Origin: Octopus sinensis
Lineage: Eukaryota
Assembly: GCF_006345805.1 (NCBI RefSeq)
Contig: NC_043005.1
Span: forward strand, 30,256,001-30,320,000
Length of the DNA: 64,000 bases
Direction: 5' to 3'
In this document: positions 38,680 through 50,157 of the stretch, piece after piece
Layout: every line of letters begins with the position of its first letter
Position numbering within the stretch: the stretch's first letter is position 1
Position numbers and translations under genes: made by a program
Notes under the pieces: generated by a model
Told to the model about the DNA's origin: nothing
Seen by the model: the letters and a program-made list of their open reading frames with translations, nothing else
The model's database searches: none

Positions 38680-39105
38680 TAAAGTGATAGTATGTTGTCA
38701 ACTTAACGTGACAGTCCCATGAAAGGGAAGAATGCTACTGTTATTTAGCCCTGGGAAACACCGTTTCCTGTTGGACTTGACACATTTCCTGTGTCCTTGT
38801 TTTCAAAGTGGAGACAAGCACCTCCACTCAGCAAAGTCAGCATTCAGAGACTAGTTTCAGAGTCATTGCTCATTATCAGTCTGGAGTAGCATGGCTTGCT
38901 AGCAGTCGATGCCTATCCGCCTTTGAAACTACTCTCTGGATGCTAGCTTTGCTGTGTGGGGGTGCTTGTCTCCACTTTGAAAACAAAAGGAGACAGGAAA
39001 TGTGTCAAGTCCAACAGGAAATGGTGTTCCCTAGGGCTAAATAACAGTAGCATTCTTCCCTTTCCTGGGCCTGCCACATTAAGTTGGCAATATACTATCA
39101 CTTTA
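38680..39105. repeat. Fold-back element: ~143-bp arms, ~138-nt loop containing a hammerhead
   Basis: 38680-38822 is the reverse complement of ~38961-39105. A partial related copy lies at 57721-57895. Confidence 0.92.
38845..38883 (-). ncRNA. Minimal type I hammerhead motif (G8>A)
   Basis: Minus strand: CAGA-CUGAUAA-U-GAG-CAAUGA-CUC-U-GAAA-CUAGU-C-UCUG. Palindromic ACUAGU, GUC triplet. Confidence 0.62.
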
Positions 39106-39737
39106 TCGTGCTGCTACTGCATAAATCTCTCTGAGAGATTTAGAAATATATTATTTCTAAAATCAGTATCAATACCAAAGGGTAACACTTATTCCCACTT
39201 AAAGGTGGATGTTGTGTTAGAACAAACTATACTGTGGTAGTTATCATGAGAGAAACTCTCAAATTGGGTTTTGGAGCATATAGCACTCTTGTTTATCTCA
39301 AAATAAAGCAAAATATACTTTTGAATTTTCAGGAAAATAGCACAACACTAACCACTGATTCACATATTTAGTTAAAAGCCTGAAATGTGATAATCTTCAT
39401 ATATATAGCTTTGTTATTTTAAAATGCACAAAGGTGGGTGAAGTAGCAGAATTTTTACCAGGCTGGGGAAAATGCTTAGTGCCATTTCACCATTTTTATG
39501 CACTGAGCTCAAATTCTGCCAAGGTCAACTTTGTCTTTCATCCTTTTGGGGTCGATGCAATTGACTAGCCACCCACCACCCTCCTGCAAAATTTCAGACC
39601 TTATGCCTGTTATAGAAAGGATTTTAAAATACACAGCGGGCAACAGTCTTGTTGTTGTGTCCAGTTTTTTGCCTTACACATAGAAACACAAACACACAAG
39701 TCAATGTAATACGTGAGTGTGTCTGCATCAGTGTCTG

Positions 39738-39739
<2 letters not shown>

Positions 39740-39777
<38 letters not shown>

Positions 39778-40548
39778 ATCATCATCATCATCATCATTGT
39801 CGTCGTCATTGTCGTCATTCAAAGTCTGTTTTTCCAGGTTGGCAGAGGTGTGTGTGCGTGTGTCTGTGTCTGTATGTGTCTGTGTGTATAATTTCTCTCT
39901 CTCTCTCTCTCTTGCTCTCTTTCTCATCCTCCTCTTTCTCTCTGATTTGAAACAAAATTACTTCCGTAATTCTTCAAGAGAATAGAACACTCCCCTTACA
40001 TTCTTCCTGTTTAGTCCTTTGATGCATGATTTATCTGCATAAGCCTCTGATTAACATCATAAACGTTGTGTGTGTATGTGTGTGTGTGTAAGTGCATGTG
40101 TGTGTGCGTAAATGTGTGTGTGCATGTGCGAATGTGTATGTATGTGTTGTGTGTGTGTGTGTGTGTGTGTGTGTGCATCATCATCATCATCATCATTGTC
40201 GTCGTCATTGTCGTCATTCAAAGTCTGTTTTTCCAGGTTGGCAGAGGTGTGTGTGCGTGTGTCTGTGTCTGTATGTGTCTGTGTGTATAATTTCTCTCTC
40301 TCTCTCTCTCTTGCTCTCTTTCTCATCCTCCTCTTTCTCTCTGATTTGAAACAAAATTACTTCCGTAATTCTTCAAGAGAATAGAACACTCCCCTTACAT
40401 TCTTCCTGTTTAGTCCTTTGATGCATGATTTATCTGCATAAGCCTCTGATTAACATCATAAACGTTGTGTGTGTATGTGTGTGTGTGTAAGTGCATGTGT
40501 GTGTGCGTAAATGTGTGTGTGCATGTGCGAATGTGTATGTATGTGTTT
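39740..40548. repeat. Near-identical tandem duplication, 399-bp period
   Basis: The gtgtgcatcatcatc...gttggcagagg...gaatagaacactcccc...ataaacgttg block occurs twice, offset by 399. Confidence 0.9.
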
Positions 40549-40684
40549 GTGTGTGTGTCTCTCTCTATCTTTCTCTCTCTATCTCTCTCTCTCTATCAAC
40601 TACATACATAGATATGTATGTATGTATGTATGTATGTGTGTGTGTATCTATTTATCTATTTAGCTAACTATCAATCTATGTCTA

Positions 40685-40739
<55 letters not shown>

Positions 40740-40760
40740 ATATATATATATATATATATA

Positions 40761-40885
40761 TTAACAATTAAGGAACGGCCATAATAGGCCATTCACCCAC
40801 TAGAAATAACAGCCAAAGCTTCTACCGCTTTGGCTGTTATTTCTAGTGGGTGAATGGCCTATTATGGCCGTTCCTTAATTGTTAA
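40761..40885. repeat. Perfect hairpin: 59-bp arms, 7-nt loop, next to (TA)n
   Basis: ttaacaattaaggaacggcc...cagccaaagc ttctacc gctttggctg...ccttaattgttaa. Confidence 0.95.
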
Positions 40886-41014
40886 TGTTGAACTTAAAAA
40901 TGGTCTATGACTATTTAATTTTTTCCCACTGGGCCGCTGGTGGCAATAAAATTCTATAAAATTTTCCTTGCCACCCTATATTGATTAATTATGAATTTTT
41001 TGGTATATATATAT

Positions 41015-41049
<35 letters not shown>

Positions 41050-41168
41050 CACACACACATACATAATACATACATACATACATACATACATACATACATA
41101 CATGTGTGTGGGAGTATGTTTGTGTAAATGTGTATGTGTATGTGCCTGTGCGAATGTGTATGTGTGTG

Positions 41169-41204
<36 letters not shown>

Positions 41205-41280
41205 CACAGATAGATAACTAAATAGATTGATAGACAGATAGATAGATACACACACACACACATTCACACATACACATACA

Positions 41281-41701
41281 TACTCTTTTACTCATTTCAG
41301 TCATTTCAGTCATTTGACTGTGGCCATGCTGGATCATCAGCTTTAGTTGAGCAAATCGAGCCCAGGTCTTATTCTTTGTAAGCCTAGTACTTATTCTATC
41401 AGTCTCATTTGCCAAACTGCTAAGTAACTGAGACGTAAACACACCAGCATCGGTTGTCAAGTGACGTTGGGGGAACAAACGCAGATACACAATCATATAC
41501 ACACACACATACATACATACACACATACACACATATATATATACATATATACGATAGGCGTCTTTCAGTTTCCACTCACAAGGCTTTGATCGGCCCGAGG
41601 CTATAGTTGAAGACACTTGCCCAAGGTGCCACACAGTGGGACTGAACCTGGAACCATGTGGTTCGTAAGCAAGCTACTTATCACACAGCTACTCCTACGC
41701 C
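41281..41701 (-). mobile_element. SINE family A
   Basis: Reverse complement of the 13648 element. Confidence 0.85.
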
Positions 41702-42408
41702 TATACATACATACATACATGTGTGTGGGAGTATGTATGTATAAATGCTTTGATTATTTCATCCTTCTTATATAAAGTAATGAAACAAACCCTGCTATTG
41801 CTACTGTTGTTGTTGTTCAGAAGATATTTCAAAAATATTACCTCTATATCATAAGAATTTATGTTTATGATTGAACAATAAATATTATAATAAGTAATTA
41901 AATTATCATAATGAATTACTGTAATAAGAAATTAAAATAACAAATATAATAAAATAACAGCAACAAAACAGAAAGCCAACATATAAAATGGCTTTATAAG
42001 TGTTATTATAATGACCATCACTGCTGAAGAACTGTGTTGCTATATTGGTGTGTATGAGTGGCATCAAGAGTGTAGTGCCTGGTTATATAGAGGTGAGCGA
42101 ATCACGACGCAATTATTGGTAGGATATACCCCCCACATAGGTGGAAGTGTCACCTGAAGTATTTGCTCGTTGAGTGTAAATGTCGTCTTGGAAACTATCA
42201 GTTTAGACAGCATTTCTAATTGTCGCCTGGCTCTGAGCTGTGCGTGTGTGTGAGCGTGTCTGCGTATGTGTGTGCGTGCGTGTGTGTGTCTATGTAAACA
42301 GACGTAGACGAACACACTTTCAGGTATTAATGTGTGTGTGTGTGTGTATAAACACATGTGTATGTACACACTTACAGATACAGATATATATGTACATGTG
42401 TGTATACA

Positions 42409-42447
<39 letters not shown>

Positions 42448-42464
42448 TACACACACATGTACAT

Positions 42465-42534
<70 letters not shown>

Positions 42535-43180
42535 ATTCTGACACATTATATATAAACATAGACAAACACTGGAATCATCATATATATTCAATCATTCATA
42601 TATCTATGTATTTATGAATGTAAATATACACACACCCTTATGTACATGCACACATTTATAAACACACAAACAGACAGACACACACACACACACATACACT
42701 GAAGCTGGTTATAAACTTTAGGAACGCAACCACCAAGTCCAGTTCTTTAACACACTCACAATGTTTAAGGATTGAAAAGTTTCAATCCAGTCTTTCAATC
42801 TTTAACAATGTTTTCAGTCATAATCAGGTGAACCCCAGGGTTTACATGGAGTCAGTGATTGAAGACCAACTTAACTTTAACCACTTATATTACTCTCGAC
42901 AGTAAATATGTTTGTAGTTGTAACAAATTAATTATTCATTTTTATTAACTGTATGAAAACTTGATCACACAGTGTTACATCACACAACAACGTGTCAACT
43001 TTCACTTTTCACTTCTTTTCTGTACTTTATTTTCCTAACTGAATTGCTTCTAAACAAGGGCAGAGTAGGTTGATCCCAGCTGATTTACTCAAGGCATTGC
43101 ACGTATTCAGAGAGGATTATTTAGCCAAGAAACAAGACCATCACCTACTGGTGGTAGTGATCATTCAGCTAACCCTTACC

Positions 43181-43369
43181 ATGGCTACTACTGTTTTATC
43201 TGGAAGACAAACAAATAGTTCGAAGCGATCTAAACATAAAAAAGACAAGCTTGTTACTGATACTGGCGCAGCAGACAAGAACGTACATATTGATCATCTG
43301 TTTTCAGTGGAACGTAAAGAAAATGACTGTCCCAGTGAACAAATGGAGATTTTTACGGAAACCGAGATG
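43181..43369 (+). CDS. Candidate coding exon (MATTVLSGRQTNSSKRSKHKKDK...MEIFTETEM), unidentified
   Basis: accATGg context at 43181, 63 open codons, phase-0 donor ATG|GTAGGT at 43370. Pyrimidine tract and ctaac upstream (~43005-43058). No homology recognised. Confidence 0.45.
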
Positions 43370-43834
43370 GTAGGTGGCATTACATTATAAATCTACACAC
43401 CACATGTATATATGTATATATGTAATCACAATAGAACTGGATGGTTAAGATGTTTACTTTCTAACCACGATGTCCCAGGGCTTGGCATCTTGGCCAAATA
43501 TCATTTTCTGTAGCCTCAGGTTGACCCATACCTTGTGAATGAAATTGGGTGAATGGAAACTGCAAGGAAGCCTGTCTAGGCAACTGCATCTGTAATTTAA
43601 AAGGTACAACCTTGCTATACCCCGAGCCACAATGATTCTGCCTGAAAGTTATGCTAACATAAGTTATGCTAACATAAAAAAGTAAAAGAGTAGCAATGCA
43701 TGTCTTCTGTGGAAAACCCAGCCACTTATATCCTAATTCAGGAGCAGGTAATTTGGTAGATCAAACAATTGAATCCCCATCATCAAACAACAGATTCACC
43801 ACACACACACACACACACACATATGTATATGTGC

Positions 43835-43875
<41 letters not shown>

Positions 43876-43877
43876 CA

Positions 43878-44412
43878 ATAACTTTTTTTGCCATGATAAC
43901 ATGGCTGTTGTATAAAGAATAATGTTACTACATTTTAATTCCAGGAAAACGTCTTTTCCAGCTGGTTAATGACACACAACCTGTGTCCACTATATTATGA
44001 GTAAGGGAGCAAATCACTCCCTTCCAGCTTGGAAAGACCAGTAGACTATGGTTTCTGGGTTTTACCTTTCATCGGTACTGGATAGCTGCCTGCTAGAGGT
44101 GGCGGTCAATCATCCCTACTCACAATATATGAACAGAGAAGTGGCAGACAGCCACTGATCTCGTAACGAGCAAAACAGTTAGTTTTAACCCCAGGAAAAC
44201 GTCTTTTGCAGTACCAGTGAAGGATAAAGTCCCAGAGACCATGGTCTACTGGTCTTGCTAAGTTGGAGGGGAGTGAATCGCTCCCTTACTCACAATATAT
44301 TCGACACAGGTTGGGTGAGGTTAAGCAGCTGGAAAAGATGTTTTCCTGGGGTTAAAAAGTAGTAACATTATTCTTTGTAGAACAGCCATGTTTTAGTGAC
44401 AAAAAAACATTA
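43878..44412. repeat. Older fold-back element: ~200-bp diverged arms, ~130-nt loop
   Basis: 43878-44081 is the reverse complement of ~44209-44412, with many substitutions. Confidence 0.88.
44038..44081 (-). ncRNA. Type I hammerhead motif (U4>C), partly decayed
   Basis: Minus strand: CCAGUA-CCGAUGA-AAGGU-AAA-ACCCA-GAAA-CCAUAGU-C-UACUGG, 6-bp helix I. The mirror arm (~44209-44251) keeps a perfect ACCAUGGU but has a decayed core. Confidence 0.6.
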
Positions 44413-45097
44413 CCGTCCACTATTGTTACTACTTATATCCCATTTACAGATTTTAAAACTACCTATTTTGCTTGGGTGAGTGTGTATATATATACATACA
44501 TATATATATATATGTATGTATATATATATATATGCATCATAAACAAATATTCAAAACACAGAAAACTAGTAACAGGAAGAGTGTTTATATTGTCATGTTT
44601 TATTGATATGGTTTTCTTTATATAAAAAATTTATGCATTATCGAATTGTATGTTGTGAGGCAAGAGAACATTCATAGATGAGTGTGTGTGTGAGTGTGCG
44701 TGTTTATGCTTACTGTCTACAAAAAAACAGTTTCTCTATTGTAAACATTAACATGATGAATACATGTACACACACACTCACTCACTCACTCACACAACAT
44801 TCATACACACGCATACACAATGCACACTTTATGCATAAAGGTTTTACATTTTAATGAAAAAAAAATCTACTGTGATAAATAAATTCTGTTGTCTTTTTTT
44901 TTCACACAAATAAATTTAATCCTTTTCCGTCCCATTAAAATGTAAAAGTAAGAAGAAGAGAGCCAGAAGAAAGTGATCCGAAGGATGTCGAGGTGATTGT
45001 TACACAACAAGGAAATACAGGGACTGAGAGTTAAGCCACAAAATAGATCTGACCAAAATTTTAATCAGAAAAAAAAAAACAACAGCAAAAAAGAAAC

Positions 45098-45492
45098 AGT
45101 GCCTGTGTGGTAAGAAGCTTGGTTCTGGGTTCAATCCCACAGCATGGCACCTTGGGCAAGTGTTTTCTACTATAGCCTCGGGTCGACCAAAGCCTTGTGA
45201 GTGGATTTGGTAGACAGAAACTGAAAGAAGCCTGTCATGTGTATATATATGTGTGTGTATGTGTGTATTTACGTGTGTGTATCTTTGTGTCTGTGTTTGT
45301 CCCCCAACCATTGCTTGACAACTGATGTTTGCGTGGTTTATGTCCCCGAAACTTAGCAGTTCGGCAAAAGAGACTGAAAGAATAAGTACTAGGCTTACAA
45401 AGAATAAGTCCTTAGATTCATTTGTTCGACTAAAGGCAGTGCTCCAGCATTGCCACTGTCAAATGACTGAAATGTGTAAACGAGTCAAAGAG
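45098..45492 (+). mobile_element. SINE family A
   Basis: Homologous to 13648-14056. Confidence 0.8.
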
Positions 45493-46339
45493 CAAATGTT
45501 TTCAATCAAATTCCCTAACATACACATGTTTATTCAAATGCACATATATATACACATACATAATATACCTTTATACCAATACACAAACACACACACACCT
45601 ATGTATCTCCATTACAGCAAGACACTTGTTCCTCTCCCTCTGTCATAGTATAACTTCTCCTCACCTGGCATTAAGCCACTTCCCTCAATGTTACACCTCA
45701 ACCAGGGCCACATAAAAAAACACTTTATGGACCTGTAAATCAGGATTAGGAAAGGAGTCTGGGCAAACTATCCAACAGATCTTGAATGATATGATGATGA
45801 TGATGGTGGTGGTGGTGGTGGTGGTGGTATATTCCATCCAACCAAATAATTATGTTTACTGTTTACATAATTGCTTACATAATTATTTATCATGTAGTTT
45901 TGTAGTAGAACTAATGAGTTCGTCTTGTTTCAAGGGCAAAAATGTTCAAGCTCTTTGGATCCAATCCTTCGAAATATTTTCTTCTTATTAGACAAGTCTA
46001 TAAAATGCATCTCACGTTGATGCCAATTTTGAATATTGGTTTCAGTATATTTCTTATAAAATTCTGCTATTTATGACACTATGGTTGTAAAATATGACAT
46101 TATAATCATTGCCAGGTGTTGCCATTGAGTCAGACATGGCCTAGGCCTATACTGGCCAAAACATATCAAAGTTATCAAAGTTATTCTAATGTTTGAAGCA
46201 ATTTGATTAATTATTGATTCAAGTAGCTGTTGCACAGACAAATTGTTTCGTTAATTGTTTGTTATGAAATGTATTTCGATCACCTGTTAGCATACAATAT
46301 GTCTACGTGTATATATTCATGTATAACTATCTATCTATA

Positions 46340-46376
<37 letters not shown>

Positions 46377-46398
46377 ATATATATATATATAATATATA

Positions 46399-46442
<44 letters not shown>

Positions 46443-47157
46443 GAGTGAGCACATAAATGTGAAACAAGGTGGAAAAAAACAGTACTTGAATACCGGAAGT
46501 AGAGTAATATGCTTTATTAATAAAGCTGCAAAGACATCACAAAAACTGTTACTCAGCATTTCATGTTCCCATTTATCTATAATATAAATTGGACATGAGT
46601 GATCTTTGTATTCTTTTTTGTCTTGAGATTCACAGCCAAATGGCAAAACCTTCGCGATACTGTCTCTCTTCTTTCACCTCTTTGTGGGGTTAATAACCTT
46701 AATCTTTAGTTACAGTTTCTCATTCAAACTACACAATAGGCAGAATTGTCGGATTAAGACAGTATGATGTTTTGAGGGAGATTTGGCTGCTATTTCTACG
46801 AGGTCTAGCTACCATGTAGGAGTCTGAACTTAGTTTTCATTCACATATGCCTAACTGAAAACGATCACAGCCACATCATCCAAACAGACCGGGTGAAACT
46901 GGGCTTAGCTGCTAGTATAAATATATGACGAGCTTCTTTCAGTTTCTGTCTACCAAATCCACTCACAAGACCTTGGTTGGCCCAACACTATAGTAGAAGA
47001 CACTTGCTCAAGGTCTCATGCAGTGGGACTGAACCCAGAATACTGTGGTTGGTAAGCAAGCTAGTTACCACACAGCCACATCTGTGTCTATACATACATA
47101 CATACATACATACATACATACATACATACATACACACATATTCTTAAGAGGCCATTT

Positions 47158-47268
47158 ATCACCTGATGAGATGAGATACACCTGCACCACCGGATGCTCC
47201 TGGACCAGTTGTTAAGTGTCCCATACAAGAGGAAACGATGCTCGATGTGTCAAAACAATTGTCATGAT
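47158..47268 (+). ncRNA. Decayed type I hammerhead in a Penelope-like tail
   Basis: AUCAC-CUGAUGA-(GAUGA duplication)-GAUACA...UGUGUC-AAAA-CAAUUGU-C-AUGAU. G12 and position 1.1 look CpG-decayed. About 50 nt and (TA)n follow. Confidence 0.55.
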
Positions 47269-47311
47269 TAATAATAAATTCTTGTATATTCCATCTTCTG
47301 TCTTTCCTTTG

Positions 47312-47383
<72 letters not shown>

Positions 47384-47709
47384 GCACTCTCACACACACA
47401 CATATGTATGTGTGAATGTATGTGTGTTTGCGTGTATAAAAAAAGAGACCTAAGTTCATAAGGCAGGAATCACAGATTCAGTGACGTGTGTGTATTTCCT
47501 TCAGAAGATATTTAGGACACTAGGATTCCTCATTTTGTCAAGCTGAGCAGATAGAAACTATGTGAAATAAAATGGCTTGTGCAAAAACATAATGCAATGT
47601 CCAGTCAAGGAATTGAAACCACAGTTTTACATTCATGAGTGCAACACCTTAATCAGTAAGCCATGTGCCCCCATGTGTGTGTGTGTGTGTTTGTGAGTGT
47701 GTGCGTGCA

Positions 47710-47779
<70 letters not shown>

Positions 47780-48324
47780 CTGGGTTCTCCAGAAAGTTCT
47801 GAGCATTTTTTAAGATGCAAAAAAGGATATACTTCATGAACAGTACTTTTAGACACTTCCAACTCCTCTGCAAGTTCTCTAGTCGTGGTATTTGAGTTTT
47901 CTTTGAATTTTGTATTCAAAATATCTTCATCCAGCTTTGAAGGTCTTCCACTGCGACTGTCATCTTCCAAGCTAAACTCTCCACCTTTAAGTTTCACAAA
48001 CCACCTTCAAACACTTGATTCACCTACAGCATCATCATCACCAGAAACTTCACAAATGTTTTTGCAAGTTTCTGCAGCATTTTCTCCCTTTTTTAGTAAA
48101 GAAAAGCATTAAAACACAAATATGAAATTTTTGGTTTTCCATTTCAAATGTCAATAAAGAGTAACCAGAATGAAAGATAAATCTATTTTTAGTCAGAAAC
48201 AAAGAAGAGATGAACTACCACATCAAACAACACCAAAGTTTTAATTGTGTTACGTTTCAGGTGTGTTCAATAAAGCGCTAAAAGATTTAGCTTAAAAGTG
48301 CTCAGAACTTTCCAGATAACATAA
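47780..48324 (-). mobile_element. Internally deleted mariner element (both TIRs, transposase N-terminus only)
   Basis: TIRs ctgggttctccagaaagttctgagca / tgctcagaactttccagataacataa, flanked by TA. Minus-strand peptide KGENAAETCKNICEV...RWF.KLKGGEFSLEDDSRSGRPS...TTRELAEELEVSKSTV. Confidence 0.85.
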
Positions 48325-48341
48325 TATATATATATATATAT

Positions 48342-48411
48342 ATTTATTTTATAGAAGGAGCTCTACAGGACTAGAACTTAGTCCTGTAGAAGCTCCTTCT
48401 ATAAAATAAAT
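48342..48411. repeat. Short hairpin with ~32-bp arms, between (TA)n tracts
   Basis: atttattttatagaaggagctctacaggacta gaact tagtcctgtagaagctccttctataaaataaat. Confidence 0.9.
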
Positions 48412-48483
48412 TAATTTACTCTGCCATGTATTGAGTACCTTATTTACTGTGGTTAACCCCGACTCACCCGGGACCTACATATA

Positions 48484-48544
<61 letters not shown>

Positions 48545-48573
48545 ATATATATTATATATATATATATGTATGT

Positions 48574-48607
<34 letters not shown>

Positions 48608-48619
48608 GTATATGTATGT

Positions 48620-48653
<34 letters not shown>

Positions 48654-48664
48654 GTATATATATG

Positions 48665-48713
<49 letters not shown>

Positions 48714-48720
48714 ATATATG

Positions 48721-48754
<34 letters not shown>

Positions 48755-49204
48755 CTGCTGGTGGCACGTGAAAAGCATCATTCGAGTGTGGTCAATGCCA
48801 GTGTCACCTCACTGGCTCCTGTACTGGTGACATGTAAAAAGCACCATTCGAGCCAGTACCTGGCCCTCGTGTTGAAGGCACATAAAATGCAGCCACTACA
48901 CTCTTGAAGTGGTTGGCATTAGGAAGGGCATCCAGCTGTAGAAACCTTGTCAGATCATATTGGAGCCTGGTGCAGCCTCCTGGCTTGCCAGTCCTCAGTC
49001 AAACCATCCAACCCATGCTTGCATGGAAAGCTGACGTTAAACAATGATGATGATGATGATTATATATATATCTATCATCATCATCATCATCATCATCGTT
49101 TAACGTCCGTTTTCCGTGCTAGCACGGGTTGGACGGTTCGACCGGGGTCTGGGGAGCCAGGGGCTGCCCCAGGCTCCAGTCTGATCTGGCAGTGTTTCTA
49201 CAGC

Positions 49205-49236
<32 letters not shown>

Positions 49237-49246
<10 letters not shown>

Positions 49247-49694
49247 GGAAATGAAGAAAATGCTGACAAAATAATTTAAGTAAGGGAGAGTGTATTTAAT
49301 TAGATGAAAGTTCTTTTTACCGGTTGCGCATTTGTTATGCTTATCAAAAGATATTTTTTAAGAGAGATAGAGTTCCTTTCTGATAGATTTTTTTCTCTTA
49401 TCTGACTTTATGTTGGGTTTGCTGTCTCTTATATGTGAAAAAAGAGGCTCCAGAGTTGTTTAATCTTAAACAACTCTGGAGCCTCTTTTTTCACATATAA
49501 GAGACAGCAAACCCAACATAAAGTCAGATAAGAGAAAAAAATCTATCAGAAAGGAACTCTATCTCTCTTAAAAAATATCTTTTGATAAGCATAACAAATG
49601 CGCAACCGGTAAAAAGAACTTTCACCTAATTAAATACACTCTCCCTTACTTAAATTATTTTGTCAGCATTTTCTTCATTTCCTTTTTTTATATA
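49237..49694. repeat. Near-perfect fold-back: ~225-bp arms, 4-nt loop, starting at (TA)n
   Basis: By eye the arms differ by one substitution and one homopolymer length. Confidence 0.97.
49577..49616 (+). ncRNA. Atypical hammerhead-like motif (U3:A8, GCAA)
   Basis: UUGAUAA-GCAU-AACAA-AUGC-GCAA-CCGGU-A. Perfect helix II and palindromic helix III, but A13>C and a weak helix I. Mirrored at ~49313-49352 (-). Confidence 0.35.
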
Positions 49695-49723
49695 TCACAA
49701 CTCGTGTTCCACATCTCCTTTTT

Positions 49724-49769
<46 letters not shown>

Positions 49770-50118
49770 CATGGGTATGGCTGTATGATAAGAAATTTGC
49801 ATCTCAGCCACATGGTTCTGAGTTCAGTGTCTTTTACTATAGCCTTGGGCTGACCAAAGCCTTGTGAGTGAATTTAGTGGACAGAAACGGGCAGAAGCCT
49901 GTCATTTACGTGTGTGTGTCTAGGGCCATGTTAAAAGCACCAAATACATTCTATAAAGTGCTTGGCATTATGAAGAGCATCCAGCTGTAGAAACCAGGCC
50001 AAAATTGACAAAATGGATCTCAGGCAGCTCTCCACATCGCCAGCTCCTATCAAACTATCCAGCCCATGCTAGTATAGACAACAGACATTAAACGATGATG
50101 ATGATGATGATGATGATG

Positions 50119-50157
<39 letters not shown>

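Noticed and set aside
42064-42240. Minus-strand ORF tail and TATA-like tatataa near 42085
   Set aside because: Most of the ORF is (TG)n microsatellite, and a lone TATA match in AT-rich DNA is uninformative.
44945-45030. Protein-like frame KVRRREPEESDPKDVEVIVTQQGNTGTES*
   Set aside because: No convincing in-frame acceptor or ATG, and too short to support.
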